In this document: positions 63,170 to 64,000 of the stretch, piece by piece
Position numbering within the stretch: position 1 is the stretch's first letter
Layout: every line of letters starts with the position of its first letter
Assembly: GCA_030390025.1 (NCBI GenBank)
Contig: CM059449.1
Location: 33,728,001-33,792,000, forward strand
Direction of reading: 5' to 3'
Length of the DNA: 64,000 bases
Source of the DNA: Squalus acanthias
Lineage: Eukaryota
The notes under the pieces: generated by a model
Told to the model about the DNA's origin: nothing
What the model saw: the letters and a program-made list of their open reading frames with translations, nothing else
Databases searched by the model: none
Position numbers and translations under genes: made by a program

Positions 63170-64000
63170 GGGCTGGATTTTGATTCAGGGGCGGGCTGGT
63201 GCCGTGTAATCCGCATTTCGTGTTAGCCAACCGAATCTCAATCGATGTGGGATGTTGATGCGATTTTAACATAATAGGCCAATTGAGTTCCAACGTGTGG
63301 GATCCCATGGCCAGTGAGTTTTTCCAGTCTGAAAGTCGCTTGCGATGACGTCTTCATTGCTGCAGCATGTAACGTCTGCAACAAGCCTTGCTTCCTCTGC
63401 AGACTGCCAAGCTTCTGCCTTTGCATGTTAGAGGCACTTGCAGGATGAATGGCCAGCCAGAGACGTAGGTCTGCACCTCGATTTGATGACGTCGCCCTGC
63501 AAGCTTTAATTGAGGGAGCCAGAGCTAATAAGGAGGTGCTGTCCCCTTCTTCAGGGAGGAAGAAGCCTTCCCATCAAACAAGGCTGTGTGGATCCAGGTG
63601 GCAGAGGAGGTCAGCTCATTGTCCATAACCCGCAGAACCTGGCTTCAGTGCAGGAAGAGGTTTCATGACCTGCTGCGCACTGGAAAAGTGAGTCTGAATT
63701 TCCCATCACCCTCATTCTGATCCCCATTGCCTCTCCTCACCAGCACTGAGCTTTGACAAACTCTTCCTCCACATCCCACTTGACACTGACATCACTGCAC
63801 CCTTACCCATTCCCTCTCTCTGTATGGTCACATTCACCTAACTATTCGACTATGCAGCCCTCACACTCCCTATCGCTGTGTTGCGATGAAAACAACTTAC
63901 AACACACAGGGAGGGCCCATGATCTTGCCACCTCACTCCGAATTTGTCTCCTTCTAACCATCAATGATATTATCACTCAAACTCCACTTGTCTCCCTCAT
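63170..64000 (+). mobile_element. PIF/Harbinger transposon left part with Myb/SANT-like exon (63449-63687), running out of the window
   Basis: GGGCTGGATTTT terminus. MASQRRRSAPRFDDVALQALIEG...(fs)AVWIQVAEEVSSLSITRRTWLQCRKRFHDLLRTGK|gtgagt. Confidence 0.8.

Overview
Vertebrate genomic DNA, almost certainly a cartilaginous fish. This rests on the repeat complement (CR1 LINEs with SGNH-esterase ORF1, Penelope-like elements, DeuSINE, Harbinger relics) and on GPR139-like GPCR relics of the elasmobranch expanded type. Most ORFs in the supplied track are LINE fragments or noise. One apparently intact gene is present: a 7-exon non-classical MHC class I-like heavy-chain gene on + (ATG 46040 to TAA 59958, 349 aa predicted). 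It has an ISRE/X1-X2/Y-type promoter and lacks several canonical peptide anchors (R84, T143, Y159, W167). Upstream of it lie a frameshifted orphan alpha1 exon paralog (41436-41695) and a tentative, far more divergent alpha2-like open exon (36975-37259). The left 30 kb is a tandemly duplicated, TE-disrupted GPR139-like pseudogene region on the minus strand. Other structure includes two near-perfect Penelope-derived palindromes with 13-bp TSDs and hammerhead-like cores, a G-rich minisatellite hit twice by the same LINE family, many hairpin MITEs next to MHC exons, and a 298-N gap in MHC intron 4. All exon models, alignments and residue numbering were done by eye.
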